Part shown: positions 26,486-39,917 of the stretch, in pieces | How the letters are laid out: each line of letters opens with the position of its first letter | Position numbering within the stretch: the first letter of the stretch is position 1 | From: Chiloscyllium plagiosum | Taxonomy: Eukaryota | Direction of reading: 5' to 3' | Assembly: GCF_004010195.1 (NCBI RefSeq) | Contig: NC_057719.1 | Location: forward strand, 32,966,563 to 33,030,562 | Length of the DNA: 64,000 bases | The notes under the pieces: generated by a model | What the model was told of the DNA's origin: nothing | What the model saw: the letters and a program-made list of their open reading frames with translations, nothing else | Database searches by the model: none | Program-made: the position numbers and the translations under genes

Positions 26486-26959
26486 ATGGTGAAGGGTTCA
26501 GGAAGAAAATATCACAGTTCATGGAATAATTATTGGGTTTACTATTAAAATGTCCAAGGACACAATGGCATAATTACCTGAACACATCAGAGAATATTAG
26601 ATGATTGGAAGATATGGAAACAGTAAGATTTCCCAGGATCATAGGCATTTACTTCATCCTTAAAATGGAAATGACTTATTAAATATGGAAAACAGGTAAT
26701 CTTTTTCTTTCCTGCATAACATACTGAATGATAACTTTCAACCAACAAGTGCTAGTTCCTTGCTATTTCAAATCTGCATCTCACTCTGATCGTTCTGTCC
26801 TCGACCACTAACATGTTCCAAACCTTGGTTTGGCTTTAGCTGGAATATTTTCTCCAGTTCCATACACAGCACTTTCAGTGTGAAAGCTTTACAAACAATG
26901 CACAAAAGATTTATGAGGATGAATCCAACTGATGGTGGATGGACTGGAGAAGCTGACAT

Positions 26960-27190
26960 TGATCTTCTTAAAGAAGAGAAGGTTGACATAAGATTTAATG
27001 GGCATGTTCAAGGTCATGAGGGATTTGAGCAGTGTAGATAGAGAGAAACCAATCCCAGTAGCAGATGGGCTGAGAGCCATTGCACAGAAATTTAAAGCAA
27101 TTAGCAAAAGAGGGAAAGGCAGCATGAGGAAAGTATTTTTTAATGCAGTGAGTGGCTACAATCTGAAATGCACTGCTTGAAAGGGTGATA
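26960..27190 (+). mobile_element. Old CR1 3' fragment
   Basis: MFKVMR..VDREK..FK..MRK.FF remnant. Confidence 0.6.
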
Positions 27191-29076
27191 GATCACTGGC
27201 ATTGGTTCGAGCAGAATTTCAAACCCAGCCAAACTGTTTGTGGCCAGCCGAAAAGGAAATTCAGGACCAGGGTTTGTAAAAGGGTTTTCTTTGGGACCTG
27301 ATCTATTTTCAGCTGCTACAGTTGTGCTTTAATGTTTTTTTTATGATGGCCATGGAGTTTTCCTTTGCTTCAATGTGAACTGATTATAATCTGGAAGATG
27401 TTTATCTTCAAGCAAATGAAAAGGATAGGGCAGAATGAGCAGTGTCCATCTTAGTCAACACCATTTTGTGATACTGATTGGTGAGGTGCGATCATTTTTC
27501 TCTTGCATTATTTGTCAGTTCCTCACTGTTGTGTCTGCTGTCCCTGATGCACTTTGAATTTCCCGTTCTGGGATGTTTAATTTATATCTTTCATTTCCAT
27601 CCACCTGAAGCATGTTGGCATCTTAAAAACTGTCAGAATCTCCTTCCAGCTGGAATATGTGCTCTGTTTGTATCTGTTTTAGCCAGTCGTTCCTTGAAGA
27701 TTTCAGATCCAAAATTCGTAAATTCTCCATGTATATTCATAATCCAAACGTAATGCTGCCCAACAAATGCTTTCAAATATATTCTAATGAAGGTGAGTTG
27801 CTTCTCACCACCTAGATTTTTATAAAATTCAAATCTAGTCCCCACTTCCAAGCTATTAACAGTTTCTTGTTTGACATTGTCTTTTCATTCAAATTAAGAA
27901 TGAGAAACAAAAATTCCTGCAGAGGGTGAATTTAACATTAGTATCAAGAACATTCTAGAATATTTCATTAGAGACATAGGAAACAAGCACATGGAAAAGT
28001 ATAAGCTGTTTAGGGAGAATTGATTTAGTTTTTGAAAGGAAAACCATGTCCAAGTATTCTAATTGAATATTTTACATAGTCGCATTTTATTAGCTGATCA
28101 TGAAATGCGTCACTGATGGTTGCACTGGAGCGAGAGGCCCCAGTTTTTTAAATACACTGCGCTTAGAAACAGAGGGAACTGTATTCAAATTTTCAGTTGA
28201 TAATTAACTAGGAGGCCTCTTAAACTTGAGTGAAGCTGGTTATAAGTGAGTTCAGGAGAAAGTTCCTGATGTAAGAACTTGTGAAATTATGTATCACAAG
28301 CCATAGAGGGCCATCAAAGGGGAGGCAATGAAACGCTTTAAAAGATATGGAAAAGGGCAGCGAATTGAAACTGAATGGGGTATCAAAGTCATGGCTTACT
28401 TGTACGAACAGGCATGATGAGCTGAACGACTCAATGATGGTCTCATGAAATTAACTGACATAAATTGCTACTCTGACAAGCAAATAATTATTCACCTGGA
28501 ACAGTAACTCTGTTTCTTTCACTTCAGTTTCTGCATTTTCTGTACATATTCAATGTTTCTCACCGAAAGTGAGAAGGAAGGTCATCAGTCTTGCTGAGTA
28601 ACTGCGACAACTTTGAATAAGATTATCAGCTATGCATTTCATGATCATCTAACAAAATATTGTTGGTTCTTTCTATTTCTCTTACCATATTTTATAAGGT
28701 AACAATGAAAAAATATTTATCACCAAAGAATAAATGTTTCACAATTGAATTACATGTATAATATTTAGCTTCTTAAATGAAAGCTCATGTCTTATTGGAA
28801 TTTCTTATCAGCTTGTCCGCAGAATTCACTGGATCAGACATTAGAATAGATTTGCTGTCAATGGAGAATAAATGGTGGGGACCACTTGTTGCACTTTCTC
28901 GAACCTTTGTACTGTAACCTGTGGTAACGAGACAGTCAAACAGAATGGTGCCTACCACAAACAGTCTTGGGTTTATGTGAAATAACAATAAAAGTGTATC
29001 TCTTCAAGCTAAACCTAAATACAGCCTCAACTCGAAATGCAAGCTGGAAAATTTAATTCAATGCCAAAACTTGTAC

Positions 29077-31140
29077 AGAACAAAGAACATAGAACACAGA
29101 ACAGTACAGCATAGTACAGGCCCTTCGGCCCATGATGTTGGGTCGAGCATTTATCTTAAACTAAGATCAACCTAACCTACATAGCCCTCAATTTACTGCT
29201 GTCCATGTGCTTGTTCAGCAGTCGCTTACATGTCCCTAATGTCTCTGACTCTACTACCAGCACTGGCAGTGCATTCTACACACTCACCACTCTCTGTGTA
29301 AAGAACCTACCTCTAACTTCTCCTATATATCTTCCTCCAATCACCTTAAAATTACAACCTTTTATGACAGCCATTTCTGCCCTGGGGAAAAGTCTCTGGC
29401 TATCTACTCTATCTATGCCTCTCATTACATTGTCCACCTCGATCAAGTCACCTCTCTTCCTTCTTCTCTCCACTGTGAACATCCCAAGGTCACTCAACCT
29501 CTCTTCATAAGACAAGCCCTCTAATCCAGGCAGCATGCTGGTAAATCTTCTCTGCACCCTCTCGAAAGCATCTACAACCTTCCTATTATGAGATGACCAG
29601 AACTGGACACAATATTTCAAGTGTGGTCTAACCAGGGTTTTATAGAACTGCAGCAAAATCTCGCAGCTCTTAAATGTAATCCTCCTATTAATTAAAGCTA
29701 AAACAACATACATCTTCACTTTGAGGGGTCTATGTATATGGACACCAAGATCCCACTCTTCCTCCACCCTACCGAGAATTCTGTCTTTAACCCTGTACTC
29801 AGCATTCAAATTCAACCTTTTAAAATGAATCACTTTGCATTTATCCAGGTTGAACTCAATCTGCCACTTCTCAGCCCAGCTCTGCATCCTGTCAATGTCT
29901 TGTTGTAGCCTGCAACAGCCCTCAACATCATCTACACCACCACCAACATTTGTGTCATCAGCAAACTTACTAGCCCACCTTTCCACTTTTTCATCCAAGT
30001 CATTAATAATAACTACAAAGAGCAGAGGCCCAAGAACAGATCCCTACGGGACACCACTGGTCACCGACATCCAGGCTGAATACTTTCCATCCACTACCAC
30101 TCTGTCTTCTTTCTGCCAGCCAATTCTGTGTCCAGACAGCCACGTTTCTCTGTGTTCCATACCACCTAACTTTCTGAATGAGCTTACCATGGGGAAGCTT
30201 ATCAAATGCCTTACTGAAATCCATAGCCATCCCATTCACTGCTTCACTTTTGTCAACTTGTCTTGTCACATCCTCAAATAACTCAATAAGGCTTGTGAGC
30301 CATGACCTGCCTCTCACAAAGCCATGCGGACTATCTTTAATCAAACGATGTTTTTCCAAATAGTCATAAATCTTATCTCTCAGAATTCTTTCCAGTATCT
30401 TGCTTACCACAGATGTAAGACTGACTGGTCTTACTTCCCAGGGGTTTCCCTATTCCCTTTCTTGAACAGAGGAACAACATTCACCTCCCTCTAATCATCC
30501 GCTATTACTCTCATGGCGAGTGAGGATGCAAGGATCATCTCCAGAGGCTCAGCAACCTCATTCCTCAGTTCCCATAGTAGCCTTGGACATATCTGGTCTG
30601 GCCCTGATGACTTATCTATCTTGATGCTTCCCAGAAATTCCAGCACATCCACTTCCTTAATATCAATCTGTTCAAGCCGATTAACCTGGTCGATGGTGTT
30701 CTCACTATTAACAAGGTCCCCCTCTCTAGTGAATACTGAAGCAAAAAACTCATTTACGGCTTCCCCCTACCTCTTCAAACTCCAGGCACAAGTTCTCTCC
30801 ACTATCCCTGATCAGTCCTACCCTCTCTCTGATCATTCCCTTATTCCTCATGTAAGTGCAGAATGCCTTTGGGTTTTCCCTAATCCTTTCCGCCAAGGCT
30901 TTTTTGTGACCCCTCCTTGCTCTTCTCAGTCCATTTTTGAGTTCTTTCCTGTAAGCTTCTAAAGCTGTGCCAGATCCTTGCTTCCTCAACCTTAAGTAAG
31001 CTTCCTTCTTCCTCTTGATGAGAAGCTCCTCTGTTCTTGTCATCCAAGGCTCCTTCACCTTATCATTCCTTGCCTGTCTCAGTGGGACAAAAGTTATCCA
31101 AAACTCGCAACAAACGCTCCTTAAACAGCTTCCACATTTC
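29077..31140 (-). mobile_element. CR1 LINE ORF2 fragment (~2 kb), frameshifted, with (TTCTATG)n-type tail
   Basis: Minus ORFs contain ENPKAF, KILERI..HGFV.GRS.LT.L..DFSKAFDK.PH, VTSGVP, SKFADDT, QQDIDR..W..KC, LVRPHL.YCVQFWS and FFTQRVV. Confidence 0.95.
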
Positions 31141-33179
31141 TGTTGTAATAAGTGAAATAAAGCGAATGAAAGACAGATTGGGTAAAATGATAAAGAGAAA
31201 ACAAAAACAAAATTAATGAAACTTTTAAAATATCCAAATAGCAGTGAGTGTGATAGTTCAGCAATTCTTTGTTTAAAATCCAAGCTATCATGTTGGAATA
31301 ATTTTTATACAGTTTTGCAATACCTACAAAAAACCAGAAGGTGGAGATTGACAATAACATCCACCATCATGGAAAGATTTGCTTCTTGACAAATCCCAGT
31401 AGTATTTTTCACACTTCCATGTAACAAAGCTACGCAGTTCTGGCCCATATTTTTTATAAACTTCTTTCCTGGTGTCTTGATTGTAACTTTATTCTCTAGG
31501 GATTCAGAAAAGCATCTACGCCTTCTCTGCCCTCTGGGATCTTTTCAGTATTCTGGCACTTTCTTAACTTACATTTTCAAACATCACTGAATACATAGAT
31601 TTTTCAGAATACAAATGAAACAGAGACAGATTTATTTCCATTAGCCCTGGGACATGAGCAACAATTCACAATTCTGATCTTATGATAACAGCACAATACC
31701 TCTGTCTCTCAACAGTATGCTTGGAAGTAAGTAAGTCTTGTAACATCATTGCACCAAGTTACTTGGTTTTCAATAAAATTGGCAGCATGGGTTGCCAAAG
31801 GTCATTCTTAGCTACAGGGCACATTGGTCACTGAAAGTTTTGTAGTCACTTGTCATGAATTAAAATGTTTATTGGCCAAATTTCCTAACCACATTGGTGG
31901 AAGTCTTCCAAGATGTGCAGCAACCAGAGTCTACAAAAGCTGGACAGATGCCAGGCTGAAGTATGTCATCACCCTATTAATGTCGCTAGTGTAAGGAGGA
32001 TTTTACTTTAAAACACAAGGCTTCTTGGGATCGGGTGGTTTCCAATTCCAAGTTCAATCAGAGTTCAAACTGCAGCAACATTTCTTTCCCAATTTGTAAC
32101 TGAAAAGTGACATCTATAAACATGTAGTAATATAAATTAAGTTTGATTTATATGAGGCAAAGGAATCTGCTGATAAATGGCCAAAGGCAGTTGTTGGGAA
32201 GTCAGTGAAGGAACACAAAGAGCAAAATCTGACACAGGATCGCACATCACCTCTTACTTCAGCTGTAAAATATATTTGCTCTGTGGCACAAAGTCATCAA
32301 GGTAAAGAAACTCCATCACAGATTAAAGGAGGTTGGAGTATCTAGATGGTTTACCCCAGACTAGAGTTTTACCACATCAAGGTATTTAATAACTGAAATG
32401 TGTGATTGACAATCTGCAGAGGTCGGAGAACCTCAAAGAGGTAGAGAATGAAGGCAGTAAAATATGAACTTGTCCACCTGGGACAATATGTGTGCCATTT
32501 GTGTGGGTAAAGAAATAGGTTCCAGGAGTGATAGACAAAGATCTGAATGTTGGAAATCCAAAATGAAAGCAGCAAATGGTGTAAACGTAAACTTGATCAA
32601 TTAACATCTGTGAAAGAAACAGAAACGTTGATGCTTCAAAATGTGACCTTATATCACCAACAAGGAGGAATGGTAAGGATATAGCCTTTTATAGAACTAG
32701 CCAAATTAAAATAAGGTCAATAAACATCACTGCAAAAGCTTTAATAACACAAGAAGATTGTTAATTCCTGTTTCCACGATTTATGACGACTCGATTGGCG
32801 CACTACAGTATCACAAGAGTGTAAAACCTTGAGAATCACAGATCTAGAATAGCTTAATGACAGAGAAGTCATGGTTATAATGTACTTAAAGGCAAAATGA
32901 AATTGTCTTTTAAATACGGCGGGGCATAGCATTTTACACTGGTCCATCTACTTCCTTCTTTACATTTTCTAACATCAACCTTTATTCAATCTTCATTTAC
33001 TCATCACATCTACCATCAGCTAATCTTCCTCAGATGCTGCTCTCTTCAACTGCAAGAGATACATTACCTGGTCATTTGCTTCCTTCTACACCATTGTTAG
33101 GACTCTGGAAAATATTGGTCATTCTCTCAATTTACACTCACTAATGCTCACTAATGTATTTTCCTGTACAATCTATGCT

Positions 33180-33590
33180 GACATGCAACAAAGCCTACAC
33201 AACATGAGAACTGCCAAGTAACATTGATACCACTTGGATCAGGCAACAACCACCTCCAACAAGAGAAATCTAACTATCTGCCCTTGGCATTCAATGACGT
33301 TAGAACAATTAGAGCTTACAGCAACAAGGTTCTGTGGTTTACTATTGACTACAGAAAGTGAACTGGACCAACCAAGTAAAAACTATGGCAACCAGGGCAG
33401 GTCGGTGGCTGGGAACTCTGCAGTGAGTAACTTAGTTCCCATCTCCCCAAAGACTGTCCACGATTTACAGAATACAAGTTAGGTATGTGATGCATTGTCT
33501 CCACTTGTATGAAGTGAAGTCCTAATAATTATTAGAATCTCAATATCATCCAAGACAGAGCAGCACACTTGCTTGCCTACCTTGGATTCT
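33180..33590 (+). mobile_element. Fragment of the 16930-18530 LINE family
   Basis: Colinear with the reverse complement of ~17330-17700 (accatctccaacaagaga..gaactggacc..ccaagacagagcagc). Confidence 0.65.
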
Positions 33591-33599
33591 ACCATTCAC

Positions 33600-34700
33600 A
33601 GTATAACGCCTTGTAGTACTAGCCCTCTTCAAGTGCATTACCTCACACTTTTCTAAGTTAAAATCTATTTGCCACTACTCTGCACAGCTGACCAATTCAT
33701 TGACAAATCCTACTATTTACAGCCATCACCCTCACTTTTCACCACCTTATCAATCCGTCATGTCATTTGCAAGTGATGTTGATGATGCACCCAAGATTTA
33801 ATATAGACCACACACTGTAAGAGCTCTGACACCAAAGTGTGCAAAACCCCATGGAAACAGATTTCCAGGCACTGAATGTCCTTCGACCATCTGCCTCTCA
33901 GCCAATGTTAGATTCAATGTGTCACATTGCTTTGCGTCCCAGGCTTCTTACTTTCTTGATAGTCCACTATGCAGGACCTTATCAAAAGCTTTGTAAAAGG
34001 CTATGTAAACCAGATCAAATGCCTTAGCTTCATCAATATTTCTGGTTACCACCCCAAGTATTTGTTCAGGTCTGTGAAACACGACCTTGTCTTACTAAGC
34101 TCAGTCTGAACATCCCTGAGTAATCAATGTCTCTCCAGGTTCTGTCACTAAAATTCTGTCTTACAAAATTTCCCATCACCAAGGTTAGACAAATTGGCTT
34201 GTAATTTCCTGGCCTATCCTTTCTTCCCATTTTTACATACTGCAACAATGTTACCAATCATTCAGCCCTCTGGAGGCCATCACACCTGTGGCCAGAGTAC
34301 ATTTGTAAATTACTGATATCTCCTTCTTTATCTGCTTCAACATTTGGGGGATTCCTGATGAAGGGCTTGTGCCCGAAACATCAGCTCTCTTACTCATCGG
34401 ATGCTGCCTGACCAGCTGTGCTTTTCCAGCAGCACACCTTTTGACTCTGATTCACATCTGAGCCAGCAAATCTATCCACAAATAACTCCTTTCTCTCTAA
34501 ATTAATGTCTCCTAATATTTCACAGTTCTCTGCCCTGATGTCCATGCCAGAGATGTCCTTTCCCATTGTGAACAGCAATACAACACGTTAATTGAGGAAT
34601 ATGCTTAAGTCTTCCAGGTCGACACACACAGATTACCTGTATGGTCACTAATAGGCCCTAATTGTTCCCTGGCTTTTTCCCTTGCTGTTTACATAATTAA
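33600..34700 (-). mobile_element. Old CR1 ORF2 remnant interrupted by a PLE fragment
   Basis: KDRPGNYKPICLTLVMG motif (ORF 34066-34257). Confidence 0.7.
34350..34455 (+). mobile_element. Penelope-like terminal repeat with hammerhead-like core (34355-34382)
   Basis: CTGATGAaGGGCttgtGCCCGAAAcaTC followed by ggatgctgcctgacc..gcttttccagc. Confidence 0.78.
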
Positions 34701-34704
34701 CAAA

Positions 34705-35225
34705 ATTGTATGCAGTTCTGGTCACTGCACTATAGGAAAGATGTGAAGGGGATGCATTGGAGGGGATGCAGAGGAAATTCCTCAAGATGTGACCTGGGAT
34801 AGAGCACTTTAGTGATGAAGAAAGGCTGGATAAGTTCTGGTTGTTTTCTTTTAAGCAGAGAAAGCTGAGAGGGAACTTGATTGAGGTTTATGAGATACTG
34901 AGAGGTGTGGACAGGATGAACAGGTTATCCTTAGTTAGAAGGTCAATACAAGGGCATAATTTTTAAGTGAAAGGCGGAACATTTCGAGGGGCTTTGAGGA
35001 AAGTTTTTTTTCATCCAGTGAGTGGTGGGACTCTGGAATGCACTGCCTGGGAAGATAGTTGAGGTTGGAAAGCTCACAACCTTTAAAAAAGTACTTGGAT
35101 CAATTAGCAAACTGTTATAATATTCAAGACTATAGACCGAGTGCAGGAAAGTAGGACCAAATTTAGAATGGTTTTTAACAGTGCAAATTTGATGGGCTGA
35201 TAGGCCTTTTCTGTACTATGTGCTT
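34705..35225 (+). mobile_element. CR1 LINE 3' fragment
   Basis: tgtatgcagttctggtca..tataggaaagatgtg..gatgggctgataggcctttt..tgtactatg. Confidence 0.8.
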
Positions 35226-35974
35226 ATTTGATTCCCTAATATTTGTCTACTTAAAATCCCAGACTATTCATGTCCTATTATTGTTACACTTGTCCAAAGT
35301 TTGATTTCATACTTGCCCCTCTATCTCTCCCTGATCATTTGGAGGCTTAAATACACACTCAGTCTGTGTGCCTCTTTTGTCTTTTCTTACTTTTACCCGC
35401 ATGGCCCAATTTGATGGCTCTTCCAAGATATCATCCCTCCTCACTGCTATAATTGGTCAATATTGCAACACCCATCCTCCTTCTTTTCCTCTCTCTACAT
35501 TATCTAAAAACCCTATAACCAGGAATGTTGAGTTGCCAATCTTGCCCATCTTTCACCCAAGTCTCAGTTATTGGTATGATGTCATACTCCCATGGACCTA
35601 TCTGTGCTCTCAATTAATCTGTCATCTTCTTCAGGATTATTGCATTAAAATCTATTCCAGAAAGCCTTGCTTTATTACATGGCTTATATTTTCTCTGCCT
35701 TCCAGGCTTGCTCACTCATGTTGTAAATTCCAAATCCATCTCTGCTTCTTTCCCCTCTAAGTCACTTAACAGGACCCCATCTTTCCGTCAATCTAATTTT
35801 AATCCCTCCGACAACATTCACCCACTCTATATTTCTATTCCACACTCAATACTGTCTGGAACTGAGAGCAATCCAAAAACTCCTACCTTTGAAATCTGTT
35901 TATCAAATATCTGCTTAAGTGTCTAAATTCTGTTGCAGGACTTCCTTTCTCTTTCTTCCTAAGATGTGTAGATA

Positions 35975-36710
35975 TCCATGTTGGACGGTGTGGACAAAGT
36001 CAGAATTCACATGGCTCTTGGTTATAGTTCAAAAGGTTTATTAAAAATCACAAGCTTTCAGAACACTGCTCCTTCTTCAAGTGATGGGGAGAGACATGTA
36101 CAGGCACAGAACATATAGGTGAAGGGATAATGGTAAGATAATTTCAGGTAATTAGATGTTCAGGTAAGTACAAACAGTGTGAGTAGAATGTTGACAGGCT
36201 GAATAACCAGTCTTTCCAGGCAATCAAGAGTTTTAACAGCTTAATGCAAACAGTGTGAATAAAGTGTCAATAGCCAAATACCAAAGTTAAAAATGACACT
36301 ACCTGACGAAGGAGCAGCACTCCGAAAGCTTGTACTTTCAAATAAACCTGTTGTACTATAACCTGGTGTCATGTGATTTTTTAACTTTGTCCACCCAATC
36401 CAACACCAGCACCTCCTCATCATAGCTGAATAACAAATGAAGAGATGACCAATGAACTGTGTTTTCTGTGCTTACCTGTTGATACTCTTTATTAACTGGA
36501 ATTACCTTGCCATTATCTCTGTCTGTATATTCTGTGTCTGTATATCTCCCTCTTTATTAACTGGAATTACCTTGCCATTATCTCTGTCTGTATATTCTGT
36601 GTCTGTATATCTCCCTCCACTTTACCTGATGAAGTAGCAGCACTCCTAAAGCTTGTGATTCTAAATAAACCTGTTGGTCTGTAACTTGGCGCCGTGTGAC
36701 TTCTGATTTT
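35975..36710. mobile_element. Second Penelope-like family: one inverted and two direct terminal repeats with hammerhead-like cores
   Basis: tacCTGACGAaGGAGcagcaCTCCGAAAgcTTgta at 36300-36334; mutated direct copy at ~36623-36655; antisense copy at ~36050-36082; shared aataaacctgttg..tataacc..gtgtga downstream. Confidence 0.75.
36485..36614 (+). repeat. Perfect 65-bp tandem duplication
   Basis: ctctttattaactggaattaccttgcc...gtatatctcc at 36485-36549 and 36550-36614. Confidence 0.95.
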
Positions 36711-36714
36711 CTTT

Positions 36715-37270
36715 CTACACTATTGAGCCCAGCATATACCATGACCTCTGGCTGTTCACCCTCCCCTTTTGGAATGTCCTTCAGCTATTCCCTTTGACCC
36801 TGACATCTGGGAGGAAATCTATCATCCTCAACTCACTCCTACAGCTGAAATACCTGTCTACTCTCCTCATTAATGTTTCCCCTATCAATCTTGCCTTCCA
36901 TCCTTCTTTCTCCTACACTGAGCAACTGGACCATCCATTGTACCTTGGCCTTGACTTTGGCTGGCCTCCACAAAGAAACCATCATCCTCACCAAAGATGT
37001 GAAAGGATTTGCAAGCAAGATGTTCTCAGGGAATCCTTCACTACCTGCCTGGTTTCCTTCTTCTGTCTGGTGGTCAGCAATTCTCACTGCCTGCACTTTT
37101 CTCAGCTGTGGGATGTCTTAATATCCCTCAAGCTCCAAAAGCCCAGGGCTTGAGTTGCTGCAGGTGGGGGTACCTCCTGGATGTAGGGTCATGCAGACTG
37201 CCAGGAGCAACTGGGAATTCTCACATTATACACGGTGTGCACGTCACAGGCCTGAGCTCCCCAGATTTAC
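36715..37270 (-). mobile_element. Decayed CR1 ORF1/5' region (continues at ~35250-35960)
   Basis: QAG.EG.PE.I.L.NPF..L and IDRG..E.SR.VF resemble the CR1 ORF1 linker and esterase start; the PLE block splits it. Confidence 0.5.
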
Positions 37271-38014
37271 CACAGCTAAATAGCATATAGCTCCTTGCTC
37301 TTACTTTACCATTACTCTGCTTAAGTATAGATCACAAGTATCTTTTTCTCATGTCTCCTGATTCAGATCCAAAAGGGATCTTTCTACTTCTTTACAAGGA
37401 TCTTCTGTTCCTCTCAGTGAAACTGACTGCCTACCACAAGGTCTTCACTTTACTCAGTCCTCTCAGTGATGCTGACTTTATATTACAGGGTCCTCACTTT
37501 TCCTGCTTCTGTCATCATTTACATCCACACTGCATTGGAACTAAAAGTAATAATCTTGTTGCAAATAGCAAGTACTACGCCTTTTATTTCTGCCCTCTTC
37601 TTTGCTGTTCCATTTTCTGCCCCGTCACCACTGGTTGAACCCTGGCTGCTCTCTTGTCATTGGCTCCCTGCTCCTTAACCCCTCGCTGCTCCCCTCACTG
37701 TCCTGCTGGCCACTCCTCTCGCTACTCCTCTCACCGTGCTGTCCAGATCGGCATTTCCCTCAGAGAGCAGGGTAAAGTGTGGTGATGAGTGGCACACTGA
37801 GTGCTCTTCCTGGGTACTCTTCTGGGTCAACAGTTTTATTTCAAGGGCACTGGGCTGCTGTACAAAATAGATGTTAAGTATGAAGCCATGATACAATTTC
37901 TATGGCATCACTGGCAGCAACGTCATAGGGGTTGTGTTGGAGGAGCTGTGAGAGTGCCCCAAAGAATAAAAGCAGCAAACTCAAGCTAACAAAAAAAAAT
38001 GTTTCTTTCTGAAC

Positions 38015-38145
38015 TTGTCAGTTCTGAAGTAAAGTCATAATCAGACTCAAAACATTAACTCTGTTTCCTTCTCCAAAGATACTGCCAGACGTACCGAGTG
38101 TATTCAACATTCTCTATGTTTGCTTCAGATTTCCAGCATCTGCCT
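38015..38145 (+). mobile_element. Degenerate Penelope-like terminal repeat
   Basis: agttctgaag..aaaacattaactctg..agatactgccagac..gatttccagcatctgc; similar copies at 39090-39190, 57720-57815 and 63938-64000. Confidence 0.65.
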
Positions 38146-39681
38146 TTTTCACCTTTTTAAATCCAGTTCAATTTTTTTCTTTAATCATTTCCAAACTTCA
38201 TTTGTTTCCTTCATGTTAGTTCCTGTTTTGATCAATTCTACAAGAATTCAACTGCCATTTCTTTCTAATAGTGCCAAAGTTAGAAGTCAAGAACATTATC
38301 CTGACTTTTCTCAGTACAGATATAGACGGGTACATTGTGTTGTTCCAGCTGTCTGTGTTTTTAATTCCATGACTGTACAGCTGCTATACTCAGCCAAGGT
38401 CCCAGAGTACTAGCACATAATTGAGTTTGAACTCTGTTGCAAGAATGATGTGCATGAGGTAAGTGGTAATGTACCAGAAGAACTGGTCTTTGAGAATCTA
38501 ACAAACCATGTTATTGATGAAAGAATGATGGTAAATAGATTTTGGAAAAACAACACAACTCTTCCTTGTGGTATGTTTCCAGACAGGATAGAGTTGCCAT
38601 GTAATAAATGCTCAAAACAGAACTTTCACAGAATGTACTGTGCACTTAATAGATGCATAAGCTACATAGGAGCAAATCTTAAATAATTGTGAACTTTTGC
38701 AGTGCCTAACGTACATGTCCAGGAATTGGCCAAATCACATCAATACCTGTCCTAAACAGTTGTTACCCTTCATCCAACAATGATAAAAACAGACTGATTG
38801 GTCATTGTCTGATTGCTGTTTATGGGACCTCACTCTGTCCAATTTGGTTGTTAAGATGCCTACAAAGGGTTGCAGTTAATGCAGAGCTGAATGATATTGA
38901 AATACAGTAATTACATTCATTAAGGTCATAAATAAAGGCAAATAAACTTAAGCATAGGCATGTGTGAGATAGTACATTTTAATAGGAAGAGTTGGGAGGG
39001 AACATTCCATTTGGAAAATCCCACCTAACAAAGGCAAAGGAAATGTTACGTCTGGGGATACATAGACACACATTACTAAAAGTAATATTTTTTCTGAGGA
39101 GAGGTGACTGGACCCAAAACATTCACTCTGATTTCTCTCCATAGATACTGCCAGACCTGCTGAACTCTTCCTGCAATTTCTGTTTCTGTTACTAAAAGTG
39201 GTGAGACAGTTTAATAACGACGATAAAAGCAAAGCACTGGGTTTCTTTGTGTTAAATAAAATTGAAAGGCAGAGATGTTGGGCCAGATTGTCTGCTGTCT
39301 GGATGGTTAGAGATCAGACATATCCGAGACGATGTCTCAAAAGTCCCAACATACGTAGGCACTAGGAATTGACTGGGAAGTTTGAATTTCAGATGACCAA
39401 TTTCCTACCTGCAAGATACTCTGCAAAAGTATCCAATGACAATTCTCCAGACATCCCTATAATTATACAGGAAATGCTACTCTGCCCATTCACACTAATC
39501 TCTTATTAATCTTGACACAACTCCCCTTCAAGCCAACCATCCAGCTCCCATATCTGACCAATCAACGCATTTGCACCCTATCCTCTTATCCATTAATATT
39601 AATCCATCCCATCTTATTATTCAACTTAGCCACTTACCTCACTTACTCCACTTACCCATGCCAAGCTATTATTTTACCTAT

Positions 39682-39917
39682 GGTATTGATTGTAACAAGG
39701 TCAGCCAAATGGACGTCATAGAATGTGAGTTCCCTGATTGGGGCTGTTAACCTGCTCCAATCAGGGAGCCCTGGCTGACAGATCAGAACAGAAGTGTCAG
39801 TGGTTTTGTTCATTCTGACAGCTAGCTTTGAGAGAGCTGGATCAGTGTCAAAGACTCTCCACATGTAAATAAAGTGTGACCTGGTGATAGGATACTGGCT
39901 TCTATGGAGTTATTTCA
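39682..39917 (+). mobile_element. Solo LTR of a Gypsy-like element
   Basis: Homologous to the reverse complement of 61941-62177 (gagttccctgattgggctgttaacctg..aataaa..gagttatttCA); AATAAA near the 3' end. Confidence 0.75.

Noticed and set aside
38340-38465. Strong splice donor GAG/GTAAGT near 38458
   Set aside because: All three upstream frames hit stops within ~50 nt and there is no good nearby acceptor.
38015-39190. Additional hammerhead candidates (38020, 39095; also 57725, 63945)
   Set aside because: CUGANGA and/or GAAA core nucleotides are mutated, so they are treated as dead terminal-repeat remnants.
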